DNA from: Eledone cirrhosa
Taxonomy: Eukaryota
DNA: 64,000 bases
Assembly: GCA_964016885.1 (NCBI GenBank)
Contig: OZ024745.1
Span: forward strand, 70,494,001 to 70,558,000
Direction of reading: 5' to 3'
Both the position numbers and the translations under genes were made by a program. The notes under the pieces were generated by a model. It made no database searches and was not told the DNA's origin. It worked only from the letters and a program-made list of their open reading frames with translations. The stretch's first letter is position 1. Every line of letters starts with the position of its first letter. Of the stretch, positions 42,271 through 57,290 are shown piece after piece.

Positions 42271-43859
42271 AGAGTTCAACACATTTTCCTGACCTAAAAT
42301 ATGTGAGGATAAAACACATGAATGTAATTGCCTTGAAATCAGTTTATGGACGTCAGTGTCTGTTTTTCAGTGAAACTAATATTAAACAGGCAAGGTTAGC
42401 GTTAAACCTTTTTAATGTAATCTAAGATGAAACACCTACACGATGTTCAGTTCTTCAGTGGCACTGCGACACCAGCTTGGAAAGGTAGGAATTAAACCTT
42501 TCATTTATATTCGAAGCTAGAATCACATCACTATACGTAGACCAATTCAGCATCAGCACATCAGAAGTTTGCGATGATGAAACAGAATTTAATATGTAGC
42601 ACATTTAAATTAGAATCAATCTCACAAATAGAAAGTAAAAAAATATTATCAAACACTTCACTCTTGCTATATGCCAGAAGCTCATACATGTTTAAAATCT
42701 TCCTTTTTCTATATAAAAAGTGTCGTTTATAAACACCATTATTTTCCAGTGTCTTCTTTAAATGCAATTTCCTTTCCTATGCAGCAATATTTTATGTTCT
42801 TTAACTGCATTTCTTCTTATCTGCTTGTTGAGTTGTGAGCTTCACTGTCAGCTATTAGTTACAATTCCCCTTAAATGGTTAAAAGCTTCCTGCGGTTACA
42901 GTTTATGGCTTTTAAATACTTTCATTTGACACTTTCATTGTCAATGGCATTGTGATATTCCAGCTGGCATTTCAAAGAACTCAATACTGCTACGACAATC
43001 CTTTTATATTCACATTCACTTAACATAGAATGTCGCTATTCTTTATTCGTCCACATTCCAATTGATAACTACTTGACCACTGAAATGCTTGGCCTAATAT
43101 ATTAGGGATGTATTTCAAGTTGCTTGCCATAAAGGAAGAGAGCTTCAACACGGTCTTGTTCACATATTTGCAAAGCAAATATAATTTTAAACCACCTTCT
43201 GCTTTACTGTTTCCACATTGAGTTTTGGAGGAAACATTATTTTTATTAAATAAATGGAGCAGTACACTTGACCTTTACATGCCATCCAAAGCGAAAACGT
43301 ATTCAATTTCCTTATATGTTGCATTATATATTGATCATAATATATTTCTATTGCTTTTGAAGATTTGTTTAAAATGTATGTGTTTTTTACTTTTAAGGGA
43401 ATTAGTTATATTTTAGTGTAGGATATGTATGGCACTATTCTAACATCAACTCTCCAAATTGTAATATGCTAAGATTTAATTTAAAATAGCAACTGCAGCT
43501 TTAATGAGGTTAATATTTTCTCTCAAGCATTGAATTTCTTGTCTTAATATATACTGCAATTATCTTTGTTTAAAAAAAATAAATACTGGTCCTGGATTTC
43601 AATCATATATAGCTTTTCGTGTGTGAGATTTTATACGAGGTTATATGTTTAATTTACTTTTTTTTTATTATTTTATAATTGGGCTCTCAGTAGGTTAAAT
43701 TTAATTCTAAACTTCATTTCTATTAATTTCTTAACGACGTTCTCTATATATTGTCTGTTTTGTTCTGCACTCTGTGATTTTTTGCGAGTGTATGGCTCGA
43801 TATAGAACAGATTTTTAAAATAGACAATAGTATTTTATACTTATAACTTTCTTCTGTGT

Positions 43860-44789
43860 CCTCTACTCTATGCTTGATTTAGTTACTTCTCAGTGCTTGT
43901 TCTTGAGAAGCACAGATTAAGGATTATCTTTCCGGTTTTAGATCACTTTTAGCCATCCATAACCACCTTTTTTCTCTGTCTCTACTATCTAACATCTATA
44001 TGGAATTGTCCATACAATCTTTTTTCGGTCCCTCTACATTAAGTTTCATCCATATTCAAATGCTTTACTGTGTTTTTTTCATTGCAGTCTTCTATTTTGC
44101 ACGGCCCTACAGTAACAGCGGTTCTGTGAAATTTTTATATGTACCACGCGATGTTACTTTCCTGTTCTAATGCTGTCTCTTCCTCCTCCTTTCTCGATGA
44201 AATACTCCATATCTTGTCAATATCTTTCTTTTCTTTGGGTCTAAACTGTTTAGCTCTTCCACTTTCCACGTGATCACCCTGTCCCATATCTGATACCACC
44301 CATGTATTGACTGCTTCCATCTTATTTCGTCCATTCAATTTCGACTTGAGAATAAATCTCAGTCTACGCATGTATTCCACCTTAATTTTTTTCTTTCATT
44401 TCCTACTGCATTATCTTATCAACTTCCAATATCCCTAAATAGACCTTCATCTTCTATTTGCCTCATAACCTTTCCTGGTGGCAGCACCAACACCTCAATG
44501 CTTTTAACTTTTCCTGTGTTCAAGATTAACACACCTCACTTTTTTTAAAACCTCAAATTCCGATGCCAGCATTAAATGTATATCCCGTACCAATGAGGGA
44601 ACCAAGCTGGGATTCATTCTTACCGTAAAGCTTGAGGTGACCCATGAATAATAAGTGGTTGATTTTTTTGCTGGTGACTTTTGAATTCATACCTAGCCTT
44701 AGCTTTTCTCAAAATAATTGTCAGTGTTATCTCTTGTATATCTCTTGATTTCTATTGTTCCTAAATCTCTTCCATATGCTGTCAGTTAA
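43860..44789 (-). mobile_element. R4/Dong-like non-LTR retrotransposon RT fragment (decayed)
   Basis: KINHLLFMGHLKLYGKNE, YLGILEVDKI, EYMRRLRFILKSKLNGRNKMEAVNTW, LYGQF and SLICASQEQALRSN. Confidence 0.82.
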
Positions 44790-44880
44790 GTCTTCATCCT
44801 TACGGGGTCGATAAAATAAAGTACCAGTAATACACTGGAATAATTGCTGGCCGTGTGCCAAAAGTAGAAACAATTATTAT
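44790..44880 (+). mobile_element. SINE family B 3' half
   Basis: TTCATCCTTACGGGGTCGATAAAATAAAGTACCAG...AGTAGAAACAATTATT. Confidence 0.8.
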
Positions 44881-45074
44881 CATGATTGTTGTTGTTGTTA
44901 TTGTAATTTTTATGGTGGTAGACTGTCAGAATTGGTAAACTATTGCCTGTATTTCTGCTGGTTCTGTACGTTCTCAGCTCAACTCTGCGTTATATTCTTC
45001 AACAAATAAAGTACTAGTTAACTACTGGGATCTATACAATCAACTTTCTACTATTTCTAGCAGCTTATTACGCA

Positions 45075-45113
<39 letters not shown>

Positions 45114-46429
45114 GTCAATGTCTCAATAAATAACTTCTGTATTGACGAATTTATCTCTTTCTCTCTCGCTCACTCACTCTCTCTTTTTCTCTCATGTCTG
45201 AAAATGATTTCAATTATTTCACTATTTCCTTTTATCTTGCCGACTATCAGACATTAGATTCTCCCGTTTTCTTATCAATTAGTAGATAAAATATAGAGAC
45301 GTCATCATTTTAATATAAGCTATGTCTACCGAATAAAAAAGTAAAAATATGTCGAGAAAGAAGAGAGAACAAAATTTCCTAGACGAGAGAAAAATCCAAT
45401 CAACTTCTAAAACCTCTTTGTATATTCCAAAATTTAATGGTTTTGTTTAGTTCTTTTTTCTTTTTCTTTTTTTCTTTGTAAAAATAAATAATATGTTAGT
45501 TTGCACACACAAACATTGTATTTAATTAGTCTGCCAGTGTAGGTAAGTACCTATTGGGCTTTTAACAGTCATCTGTTTAACTATGTGTCACTGGTGTCAT
45601 ATAATATTACGTACAAGTAGGGGCACTTAAATACATACAACATATAAACAAAAATGATATAACATAACTGACATTATACTTTAAACTAGTTAAATGTAAG
45701 TCAGATAGAAAGATAAATCAGTGTGGAGGAAATAGACAAATATATTTTGTGGAAGAGATAGTGAAATAGATAGAATGAAAAATATAGGCAATCAGATATA
45801 TAACGTGAAAGAAATAAGCAAACATATTGAGAGTGAAAAAGATATACAAATTGTGAAAGGTATATGATAAAAAGATAGATTATGAGTGAAGAAATACGGA
45901 TAAAAAAAAGAATATAGACTCCCAAACAAAATGAATGGTCCCGGCTGGTAGCCTTCTTTAGAGTTCTGCAGAATTAATGTTACCTTCACGGTAAACAAAT
46001 AATTAATGCCGTTAAACAACGTGGATTTCTCCACGCCAATGATTATAAAGTTTTACGGTCATACTCCACGTCAACGTTTGTTGAATTTCGCCAGTCCACC
46101 CCTTCTTGACATTTCAAAATGTATATCAAATAACCTCTATATAAAATAGCTGATGTCAGTGATAAGTTGCTAAATTTGGGATAGCATGTTAGCTAGCGCT
46201 AACAGATATACTGATTGTTCCCGTTCTTTTTGTAATAGTAGGAGCAACATAGCAGTATAATCCAGTAATGTATTTATGTATCTTAAAATATATTAGATGT
46301 TATTGTGTGGTACACAGCTAGTTCGAGGTTCGCTCCCCTGCTCAGAGTACTATCACATTTTTCTTTGCCATTTCGTATGTATAAAAATACACCTTTTAAG
46401 TTAAATTTTATCATAGAAATGTTACATCT

Positions 46430-46496
<67 letters not shown>

Positions 46497-46749
46497 ATTA
46501 TATATATGACTACAACGCAACTGCATGCCCTGTTGGATCTGAAATCATCTGAAATCACGTGGTGTCCTTGACAAGAATTATTTCAACTCGACTGTAAAAA
46601 TTATAAATCATAAACACTGCGTAATAAAATATAATAATGATATATGTGTGTGTGCGTGTGTGTGTTTTCAGCTCTGTGTGTGTGTGTGTGCGACATATCC
46701 ATAACTCTAACAAGTATATTCAAAATTAGCATACCCTGAAATGTATGTA

Positions 46750-46793
46750 GTAGTGGGCCGACGATCTTGAATAGTTGAAACGCTATCTACTGC
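46750..46793 (+). ncRNA. Degenerate minimal hammerhead
   Basis: GTAGTGGG-CCGACGA-TCTTGAATAGTT-GAAA-CGC-TA-TCTACTGC: 8-bp stem I with G.U pairs, weak stems II and III. Confidence 0.5.
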
Positions 46794-49344
46794 AGTGTTA
46801 CGCATGACATACCCAACCGCCATACAACAGCAGCCAATTATTTTACAATATATACCATGAATAAAAAGAAAATGATAAGAAAACAGTGAAAGCATATGCA
46901 GCGTACCTGAATCTATAGCATAATCTGATAAATTAATCTAAGTTGTTTTCTTTAGTCAAAGGTAGCAGCTAATTTTATAATAATCCTGCAGTTTATTTGA
47001 GATTCAGTGAAAGGCTGTCAGAAAAAGTTGCAATCAATGTTACTTTCTTATCTCTTCTTTCTAATTGATAATACTAAGTAAAACGTTGATAAAAAAACAA
47101 ATGAAGGAATCCTCCTTCACCGCCTCATAAAAGTAGCGATTAAATATTTTTTGTCTTTATATTTATATTTTTTTTCTTCCACGTACAATCCGATCATCAA
47201 TACACCAAGTAATTCATAAGCTATTTACAGAGTTTGCAGAGATAAGTTTTGTAAAAGATAGAGAGATAAATATGGCGACGTCAAGTGAGGTTTATTCTAG
47301 ATTTTGTTTGGACAAACTTCAAAGAAAACATCGAAAATTTAGCCAAAATAAAAAAGGAAAGCGTTCATATTTTGTTCTATGTTCAATTAACACATTTATA
47401 TATATATATATATCTGTGTGTGTGTGTGTGTGTGTGGGTGTGTGATACATATATATATATATATTAGCAGAGGTGCCCGGCAAACCGTTTTGGAACATAT
47501 TAAAATATTTGGCCAATAAAATAGAATTACTGTATGGGTTCACTGACGCGGGGTATACAGCAGAATTTACCTTATTAATTGTTCAATTCAAAGCAACAAG
47601 ATCAAACATATTGTATAATATGTCCTATGATCCGGACATCCATATGGCAAACGTGCACAATATACTCCAGAACAGTGAGCCTAAGGTGTTTCTTAGTTTG
47701 TTATTCTTGTGCAGCAGCAATCCTATATCTGTTTAGATCTACACAGTACTGTTTGTCCATAATACTATGGTACTCATGTTAAAGCATTTTGCATCATGTA
47801 AGCCACTAAAAAGGCATGTTGGATTTATTCATTAACTTTAGATTCCTGTGCTTCCTTATAAAGAGGAGCTTCAAAACTTTACTTTCGACATTGAAAATGT
47901 CCTGGAACCTCAAGCATTATGTGCGTACCTTGCTTCTTGGTGTTAATACAACCACCAGCTTCTTGCGTACCTTTAGTTTTTGTTTCTATGATCATTAATA
48001 TGCGGCTTTTGTTGTTGTTTTTTCATTCCAGACATCAGTCAATCAAGCCCAGCTAAAGCTTTGGGTGCTGTCCTTTCATCTCACTATCTAGAAAAGATCT
48101 TATTGTAGACAACTGAAAAGTCGAATCATATGTAGAATGAACAAATGATTAAATTAATAATAACCAAATCGTTAAAGAAATATCATCAGAGACAAAACAC
48201 CAATGGTATTTCATAGATAATACTTTGCTTATAAATATTATACGAAACAACTACGTTTGTTATAGAGTTGATAGTATTACCGGAAGTGTTTTAGAGGAAC
48301 AAATGTATCCTACCATGTGTAGCTTTGTATGGCAGTTTGTTACGGATATATACCATAACATCAATAAAATTCACAATAATAATCGATAGCCATTATAATA
48401 TGTAGCATTATATAAGGCAATAAACATGATTCTATATGTTATAACACATTATATATTGTTTTTACCATCGTTATGCACTCAGAGATATTGAAAGGCACGC
48501 AATCATGCACGCACATTTATACTAACACATATATATATATATGTGTGAGTGTGTGTGTGCGTGTGTGTTTGTGTGCATGTGTACATGAAAGAGAGATGAA
48601 ATTAAATATTGCAGGCCATTTCCCTCGCTACTCTACGTTTCTACGATCCCACAAGGCTTCAATTAATTAACAGAAATATTAATTAATACAAATGTGATTG
48701 GATGTGGAATTGATGTGGAATTGAAGTGTGAAGGAAATTAATCGAATACACAATCCAACACATTCATACATCACTCACACAGAAGCACAATCCCACATAT
48801 ACATATAATGCATGGTGTTATTATAATTACAAATAAGGTGAAACAGACTAACACAAAAAATCTAGTTTGGAAATATGCTTCAATAAATGTATAGGTAGAA
48901 TATTAATGATAGATTATTGGATTGGCAGTGCCGGGAAAATGACTGTCTTTATTTTCCGAGTTAACAACCTAGCAATTCCTGCCACCAGCATTCATAACTA
49001 ACACTTTTCCGTCCTCGTGTCAATGATAAAACAATTGTTAAATTGTTATTATTAAAGCTAGCAAGGTTAGTGAATTGGCAGTATCGGTAGAGCGTCATAG
49101 AATATGCTTAGCAAAATTTAGATTTTTGTAGGATGTTTGCACAACTTACAAAAAAACTTGAAAAGGCTTGCTGTACAATCAAACCGAAACTGCATGGCGC
49201 CACGGTCGGGATTTTACCCCACCCCCTCTCACTCTCTGTCTCTCCATCTCTCTCACTCTCTCTTTCCCTCTCCTTCCCCCTCTCTCTCATTCTCTCTTTC
49301 CCTCTCTCTCCCCCTGCCCCTCTCTTGAAATGGATATAAATATA

Positions 49345-49383
<39 letters not shown>

Positions 49384-49399
49384 TAAAATAACAGATTAA

Positions 49400-49450
49400 A
49401 GTTTAAGCAAAGAATCGCTGCTTTCACCCTTAACGGGATCTTCTGAAACT
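49400..49450 (-). ncRNA. Hammerhead with CAGAAGA core, identical to 60937-60987
   Basis: Reverse complement of the 60937 motif, with its tail running into TA at ~49378. Confidence 0.7.
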
Positions 49451-50248
49451 CGAGCCCTCTTTGGATTTTAGTCTTCAAATTTATTATTATTACTATATAT
49501 ATATATAGTGTAGGTGAATCGGTGAATTGCTAGTGTTCGCACCAAAGCAAGCACTCTATATAGATATACTTAGACATATATACATATATATATATGTGTA
49601 TGTGTGTGTGTGTGTTTATGAGCGTGAGTGTGTTAGAAGGTGTAGCATGTTTATCGTATGATAATGCAACCAGCCTTCCTATATTGAAATCGAGTCATTC
49701 CCCTACTTTCATATCCATAGTCTGGTGCCAATGCAAGAACTCATTAACTGTTAGATTATTCAGAAGTTGATATATATGCGTGTCTAAGTATGTTATAAGT
49801 GTTATATAGAAATTGAAATACGCTTTCTGACATAACTTAAACTCGACAGTAATATTTCTTATATTCCATCGATTTTCTTAATCACTGAAAGTCTGGTTGT
49901 TATTTCTACGTTCTGTCTCATAATGTTACAGATTTTGTATTAGCTTCGCAGAGTTGGTATTAAATAAATTTATGGATGGAAATTGGTAGAATTGCTTTTG
50001 CCGATCTGAGTTTAAACTCTGTCATGTTCGACTTTGGCTTACAGCATCCGGGGTTCCTATAAAATAAGTACTAGTCAAATACTGTCGTTCCTTTAATCAA
50101 GTATCTCTTAGCCCTAGTCTTAGTCCTTCCAAATCTTCTTTCGAGAACTGGGAGACCCTCGTTTCTGAAGCAGTTTGATTACTGACAGAAAGATTTCTAA
50201 TTCCTGTTCCTTGTTATTCATCTTGATATTATTTTCAAGTCAGCCCTT

Positions 50249-50412
50249 TATGGCCCTTTACGTTCTGAGTTCAAATCCTGCCAAGGTTAGCTTTGCCTTT
50301 CATCCTTACGGGGTAGATAAAAGAAAGTGCCAGTCACGCACTGGGGTTGTCGATTTAATCGACTTTTCCCTCCCCTTCAAATTCTGGTCTTGTGCCTGAA
50401 GTAGAAACATTT
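50249..50412 (+). mobile_element. SINE family B, longer variant, 5'-truncated
   Basis: B-box plus body, similar to 17311-17531. Confidence 0.78.
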
Positions 50413-53400
50413 ATTTCAGGTCAGCCCTCGTGAACAAATATCTATTAAGTACATCCAACCTATATCTGCATTATTTATTGTGTTTTTTTCTTTTTTAAGA
50501 AGGTAAGATGTAACTTAGGAGAGATTTAGTTAATATTTCTAGCTTGTCATGGAGCCACTAGAGCTGTTTTGATTGACTCATGTTTTAGTTAATGCAGGTT
50601 CATAGAAAAGTAGTACAGAATAGATTTTCCCATGTAATTGCAGCATTGTTTTATTCTATAACTTACAACATTGCTTCCCAAACTAAAACGATTCTCAAAA
50701 AAAACAAAAATGAGTGAAGACGCATACATATATTTCATAAACAATCTTCCCGGCTTTAATTGGTTTAAGGACTGAATGAAATAAAAGAAAAACCACTTTA
50801 TCTTGTGAAACCTCAGAATGTTTTCCCGGAGCCCCCTCTCAGAAATGCTGACTTTGAATAAACGAATTTCGTTGCGTAACTTTATTTGTAAGTAATCCGT
50901 CCATTGACTAAGGCATTCAGGGAAAAGCAGATCACTATTTTTATCTCTTCATTATATGAACATTTTTCCTTTACAATAGAGTGTTTTAAAATGCATTAAA
51001 TCATCTTGTTAAACCTGTATACATCTTTCAATATCGTTCTGGAACAATGATTGAACATAGGACGAATTTTACATCAAGCTACATGTCACGCTTGAAATGC
51101 TCAGCACCCATTTGCGTCTGTAGAGTTAATATGTATTTTCCGAGTCCTTCTTGAAAAACATGTTTCAGGTTGACTAAATATCTGGCATTCATTCAAATAT
51201 TTTATTTAAACTAAAAAAAAAATGGTTGCTTTTAATTCTTCATTTATATTGAAACATCGATATAAAGTTGATTTAATAGATAGTAGGTAGGCTTATGTTC
51301 ACATGTGCAAACTACTATATGTAGTTTCCTACACACATGCATATGTATAGAGAGAGAAGTAAAACAGATATGGATAGATAGCAACCGTTCTGATACAGCC
51401 TCTGATTGTATGATAAAGGGGTGTTTTTTGTTTTGGTTTTTTAATATGTTAGTTCCATTTAAACCGGTTCTCGAAATTTTACATAATGACTCTCTTTGTT
51501 AGATTCCAACCTGCAGTTTCATAAGGGAAAAATTAATTATTTTACGATGTCTCTCCGAATCCTTGATTATTTTAGCTTTCAAATATAAGGATAATGTAGT
51601 TGTTAGAAATATAGCAACAAAATTATTAAATTTGGTATTATGATCGTTCCGGTAGATTCAACATTATTACACCTGGTTGATCCAAACAATTGCAAGGATA
51701 TTATGGATATTGCCAATTTATTGTATTCCTACACAATTTCTACTTTGTCGAATCAATATCAGTGGATTTTAAAGTAGATAAAAATATGAATTTTGATTTA
51801 GAATGCAGATTGATTCCGGGAAATATATTACGAATTTACATATTGTACAACATATCATCATATATCGGAACTGTTTCCCTTCCAAATTTACTTAACAAAA
51901 TAAAGGGCGAGCAGGAGCAAATATATACACGCTAACGAAAAACGTGCATCACGAAATCCAGAGACACTTTATATGCTGCCTCAATATAATGGAATCATGG
52001 AAAAACCATCAACTAGATTTACCATATATTTTGATAATTATACCATGTATACGTTATAAACTGACAACTGTATTTCTTATTATTTCCATTCACTAAACTA
52101 CTACGTGGAATGTTCTATAGTTTATTTTCTTCTCTAACAACATCCACACAATTGATTTGCCTGTTGTAGTGACCTGTTTCGAAACCCAATGCATACATGT
52201 AACTATACTCAAGCATCTCGACCAAGTAATTTATCTCGCATCATCTTCGAAGCTTAATACATCCTACATACTGCTATATACAACTACGTACATGCCCCAG
52301 CCACCTTAGATAATATTTTCTGTGTCTATTATTTTCAATGTTGAAAGTCAATGAAGCTGAAATACATATGGGATCACAGAACAGTATTGTTGTCTTGGAG
52401 TCTGTCCAAATCTATAATAAAAAAAAAAATGATAGATAATTATTCCAACAGCAGACACAACAATGAATTTAATTATCACCAGAAAAAAGGCTCCATATTT
52501 CTTTTGAAGATATCCTTCTTCATCTTTGAAAACAGTTATTGGTTTCGGTTTAATCTTACAAAATATGGTTCATTTGTTCTCGTTATCCCTATATTTTCCT
52601 TCCACTGAGTCAATATTACTTCATTGAATGAGAAAACATTTCATACAATGGCAACTATGTGTAACATGACAAGTCGATCAATAGATTCCTTTCTTCAGTT
52701 AGGTTTTACAAAGAGAATTTTAATAACATCTCCATACGGAACGTTTTGTAAACTAGAATTTAATTTACTGTTGAAGTCTGGAATTAGATTAACACTTTCA
52801 ACGTACACACTTAAATTTACAGATATATACTTTTTATTTTTGTTTTAAATTCGTAAGGTTTTCATAAGTACGAAACATGTAATACAAGAAGAATACGAGG
52901 ACATTCAGAGATTAACCCTCGATCAGATCGCTAGAAATAGCAGTCAAAACTTCTTCAAATACCACCCTTAATCATGAGATAATTTAGAGATAGCTCTCCT
53001 TAAATTAAACAAATGAACAGGGGTGAACTTTGTTCAAACGTCAGTTCGAATAAGGTTGAATTGTTGCTAAATAATAATTGTTTCTATGAGTGCAACAAAG
53101 ACTGCAAATATCATGTTTTCTGAATTTTCATTATATCTTCAGAAATGAGTTGGTTTTTTTTAAGTAATAGATATGAATAAGGCGTGAAATGATTATTATA
53201 AAGATTTTAATGATCTTATTATACATAGCAATATAAGTCAGAACGTTATTAGAAATATATTCCTTCAATACATTTTCTATATATTGCAATCGAAACATCC
53301 ATGTCGGCATTGTTACATGTTAGGGATATATTAAACGATATCGATTTTACCTCAATCAGTAATCAGTTTTGTGACAACAACTAAATATAAAATTTTGTAG

Positions 53401-55540
53401 TAGAATTCAATGGGATTAAATATATAAAAGATGAAACTCATCTTCAAATTATTTCTCTTTCTATAAATTCATTAATGAAAATATAGTGAATGTCTGCATG
53501 ATTTTATTTAACGTGTACTCACTACATCACATTGCTGCATACCTAATCTCCGAGCTTCTCACATACATATACATACAATCACACACATACATAGATCAAG
53601 AATGAAGATCAAAATCTCGTGATTAAATGTTGTTTATGTGGGAACGTGTCCAGTGTTTTTAATAATTCCATCTTATTCCCCTCCCAACCTCTCACCCGTC
53701 ACCTCCTCACCTCCATCCATATTATATACGTTCTTTTCCTTTTCATTTTCTACTACCGTTGTTTTGTTGCTTTCCATCATAATTTTTCTTTGTTTATAAA
53801 AACCTTAACCATCATCTATTCCAATCTCCTCAAACATTGTACATATACCTTTGTTTTTTCTTCTCTGCCTTCATACTCTCTTCAATCCTTCACTTCCATA
53901 AATGTCCCCAGTCCCACAACCACATATATGCTTACATTATAGAAGTACATCATTCTCATATTTACAAATAATTTGACAAGCATACATGTAGGTTTCAGAA
54001 TAGTCACTTCCTACTATAAGCTTACAGTGCTCAGGAGAATATATATATATATGTTACTTACTTTTCTTTCACGAGTCTAATCATCGTACGTGGACTGTAG
54101 TAACTTCTCTCTGTTGATCATGTAATCAGACATTCAAAGTAGATCGTTACAGCGTGGCATATTGTTTTCTGTGTCCATCCAATACTTGCTAAATATTCAA
54201 ATACTTGTCCATATGAAATATGCTCATTAGTTAACAGATACATTTGGAAGTAAATCGTATTCGTCCCAGTGAAATATAATACAGAAAATTTACATTATCA
54301 CAATATATTCAAATTCGGCTATTTTATTCAACTTCTTCCGTTAAACGTCCAGAGAGTTCGGGATACAAATTGACGTTAGATTACAGTTTTAGTAACATGA
54401 AGTCAGTCATCTTAAACACTAACGATGTTTGTTTGAAGTAACCAAACAAAACAGCAGAAAAGCCAGGAAAAAGTAACCCGTCCCACAGGATACCTGTGAG
54501 ATTTAATTTGTATTTTTTGATTCCCCACCGATCTCGGGTAAGTAAGACTTCTATTTCATTGTAAACGATATCATTTCCTTATGTGGTTATTTGTAGTTTT
54601 TGTCAATAAGCTTCTCTATTAATGTTAATAACTCATTGGTGTTAGTCTTATAATATAGTAAGTCATGTTTGCATTTTATTAAATACACAAAATGTTTGGT
54701 GTTTAATGAAGGGTAGATTTGACGTTCCTGCAACACATGGTAGGCAAATGAAAAATGCGTTGATTCATCAATGAAAGATTGGTTTCTTGACGAAATTGCA
54801 TGTTGAATATCTTGATAAATACTCAGACGAAAACACGTCATCAATATCTATTTCACTTCTTTTTAAACGTAAAACTTATTTACGAGCTGTGAGTAACATT
54901 TTCGTTGTGATTCTTGTTTAATAACAGATAGGCTTTTATTTAGATAATTAAACCTAAGATCGAAGGCAATTCAATAGTACCGATTTGTTGCTGATTATGG
55001 TATAGTAGATACAATACTAAATTATCCAATATATCCATTCAATTTTAATGTGGTAGGATGGGGGTTGAGTGAGTTGTCTGCGAAATCAAGCGAAAACAAG
55101 TGGTTCCTTTGTTGTCACTTTTGTTCACTATGTTCGACAATGTGGAATATATTTACAATGTTTCACGGCACTTTGATATGATGAACTCCATTCTCCTTAA
55201 CTTACTACTAAATATATTCACCCCAATAATTTCGAATCTCGCCTGATTTTTGGTTCCTTCAAGACAACAACAGTGATTGTGATCTTTAAAACTTTAAGTA
55301 TATGATGGTTTGATCAGAAATGATGTTAAACCATCTTCCACCGGCTTCGATGATGATCATTTTATTCTTCGAATATCTGAAATAACATATAGCCCAGCTA
55401 AGAGTTCCCATAACCTAATGAATTAATGTGACACGGTGTGGAACGAAATGGAACATGAGGGTTAGTGATATCTGACGGGATTCCACACAATTTCCGTCAA
55501 CTTAAATTAACTTACAACTCTTGGGTCGGAATGCTACATG

Positions 55541-55580
<40 letters not shown>

Positions 55581-55581
<1 letters not shown>

Positions 55582-55653
55582 TCTACTACCCTAAGTATTG
55601 AGTACTTTGGTGCGTTATGGTCCACCTGGTTCCTTACCACATTTCCTTCGTTA
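55581..55653 (+). mobile_element. Family A tail fragment between TA tracts
   Basis: CTCTACTACCCTAAGTATTGAGTAC...TTCCTTCGTTA matches the long-arm tail of family A. Confidence 0.82.
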
Positions 55654-56580
55654 TATATATATATATATATATAAGTGTGTCTGTGTGTGTCTGTGTGTGC
55701 GTATAAGAGCAGCTGTGTGTGAGAATGAGTGACGTATGCGGGAATGGTACGCCATGTGGCCGGTTTAATCAGGATATTCACGTGAAAGATTCTGTGGGGT
55801 ATATATTTATTTCACTTTACCTTTTAAGATTGAATTTCGCGGAGGACTTCTTTACTATCTATCCTTCCGGTTTCGATAAATCAACCAGCTATGTTATCTA
55901 GGTGACTTAACATTCCTGTAATGACTCCTATATAAGATACGTATGGAATTACAATACATTCCATGTACGTACAAGTACGAGTGTTGCATCAGCTTCAAAA
56001 ATGGAACTACATCAATGAAAGACTGCAAGCATGGTTATGTAATTAATAAGTCCAATTCATAGCAACGGAATTGTATATTCCGTCCCACAGCGCAATTCAT
56101 TGAAGATGCATCCTCAGACATAGTCTCGGGTTAACCAACAATCTGTGAGGCAAGTGAAGAAACGGGAAACATTTGTAAGCTCATCACACCATATCAGCTC
56201 TTTGAAGGGTTTAAGCCGACTCCATTTTGTTATAAACATTCGGCTCATGTATCTTGTTTATGGATAGCTTCTTCAGATGCCTTGAAATGTGTAGGCGGGG
56301 GAGGGGGCCTGTCCTTTCTCTAAATCGTTAAAAAAGAAATGCAGCGAGTATTAAAATGCAAACCAAACATAATTATGCGGTGAGCAAAACTATTCCAGCA
56401 CACATTTATTTACTCGGTAATGAGAAACAAATAAGTTATAGAGACAGAAAGCACAGGAAGATAGAGTACGCAAACATTACAGAATATTGCATATATAAAT
56501 AAATATAAATAAATATATATTCCACATGTTTATTTATTAAACATACCGTATATCATTAGATATCCGAAATTCACATACTC

Positions 56581-56670
<90 letters not shown>

Positions 56671-57059
56671 TTCCATCTTTCAGCGCATATTTTAAGGGGA
56701 ATTTAAATATAGTTGTAGTTACACAGCAAATGACAACAATTACTTTTCTATCTATATTTCAGGTCTATGTTTCCACTAATATACGTGTTCGTTGACGTTG
56801 CCAATGTGCTGTACTTTACAGTTGTTTGGTCTTTAACAAGCTAGGACGTATTTGATGAAAATTGAATTTAAATGTTTCTGTATATTCCGAAAGGAGAAGA
56901 AATAGACTCGTGTACATATTGCCTAGTGGCTGTTAATTATCGATTTATGTTTGGATTATGAAAATACAGTCCTTTAGTCTCCGATAACATAAAAATACAT
57001 ACATATATTCATATATCTTACTAGGTTTATCTTTAAATTCATATGCGCATATGTTCTCA

Positions 57060-57136
<77 letters not shown>

Positions 57137-57218
57137 ACATACACATACAGACATATACACGCAATCAAACACACCCGCGTATATATATATATATATACGT
57201 TTATATATATATATATAC

Positions 57219-57290
<72 letters not shown>

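Noticed and set aside
42560-43340. Possible decayed DNA-transposase coding region
   Set aside because: It looks coding-like, but I could not recognise any motif with confidence. It needs tblastx or an HMM search.
47465-47490. TAGCAGAGGTGCCCGGC resembling a non-autonomous Helitron-type start
   Set aside because: No partner hairpin or terminus was found.
50480-50510. TTTTTTAAG-AAG-GTAAGA microexon or recursive site
   Set aside because: The AAG acceptor is weak and the site adjoins repeat-like sequence. TAG|GTAAGT at 45540 lacks a pyrimidine tract.
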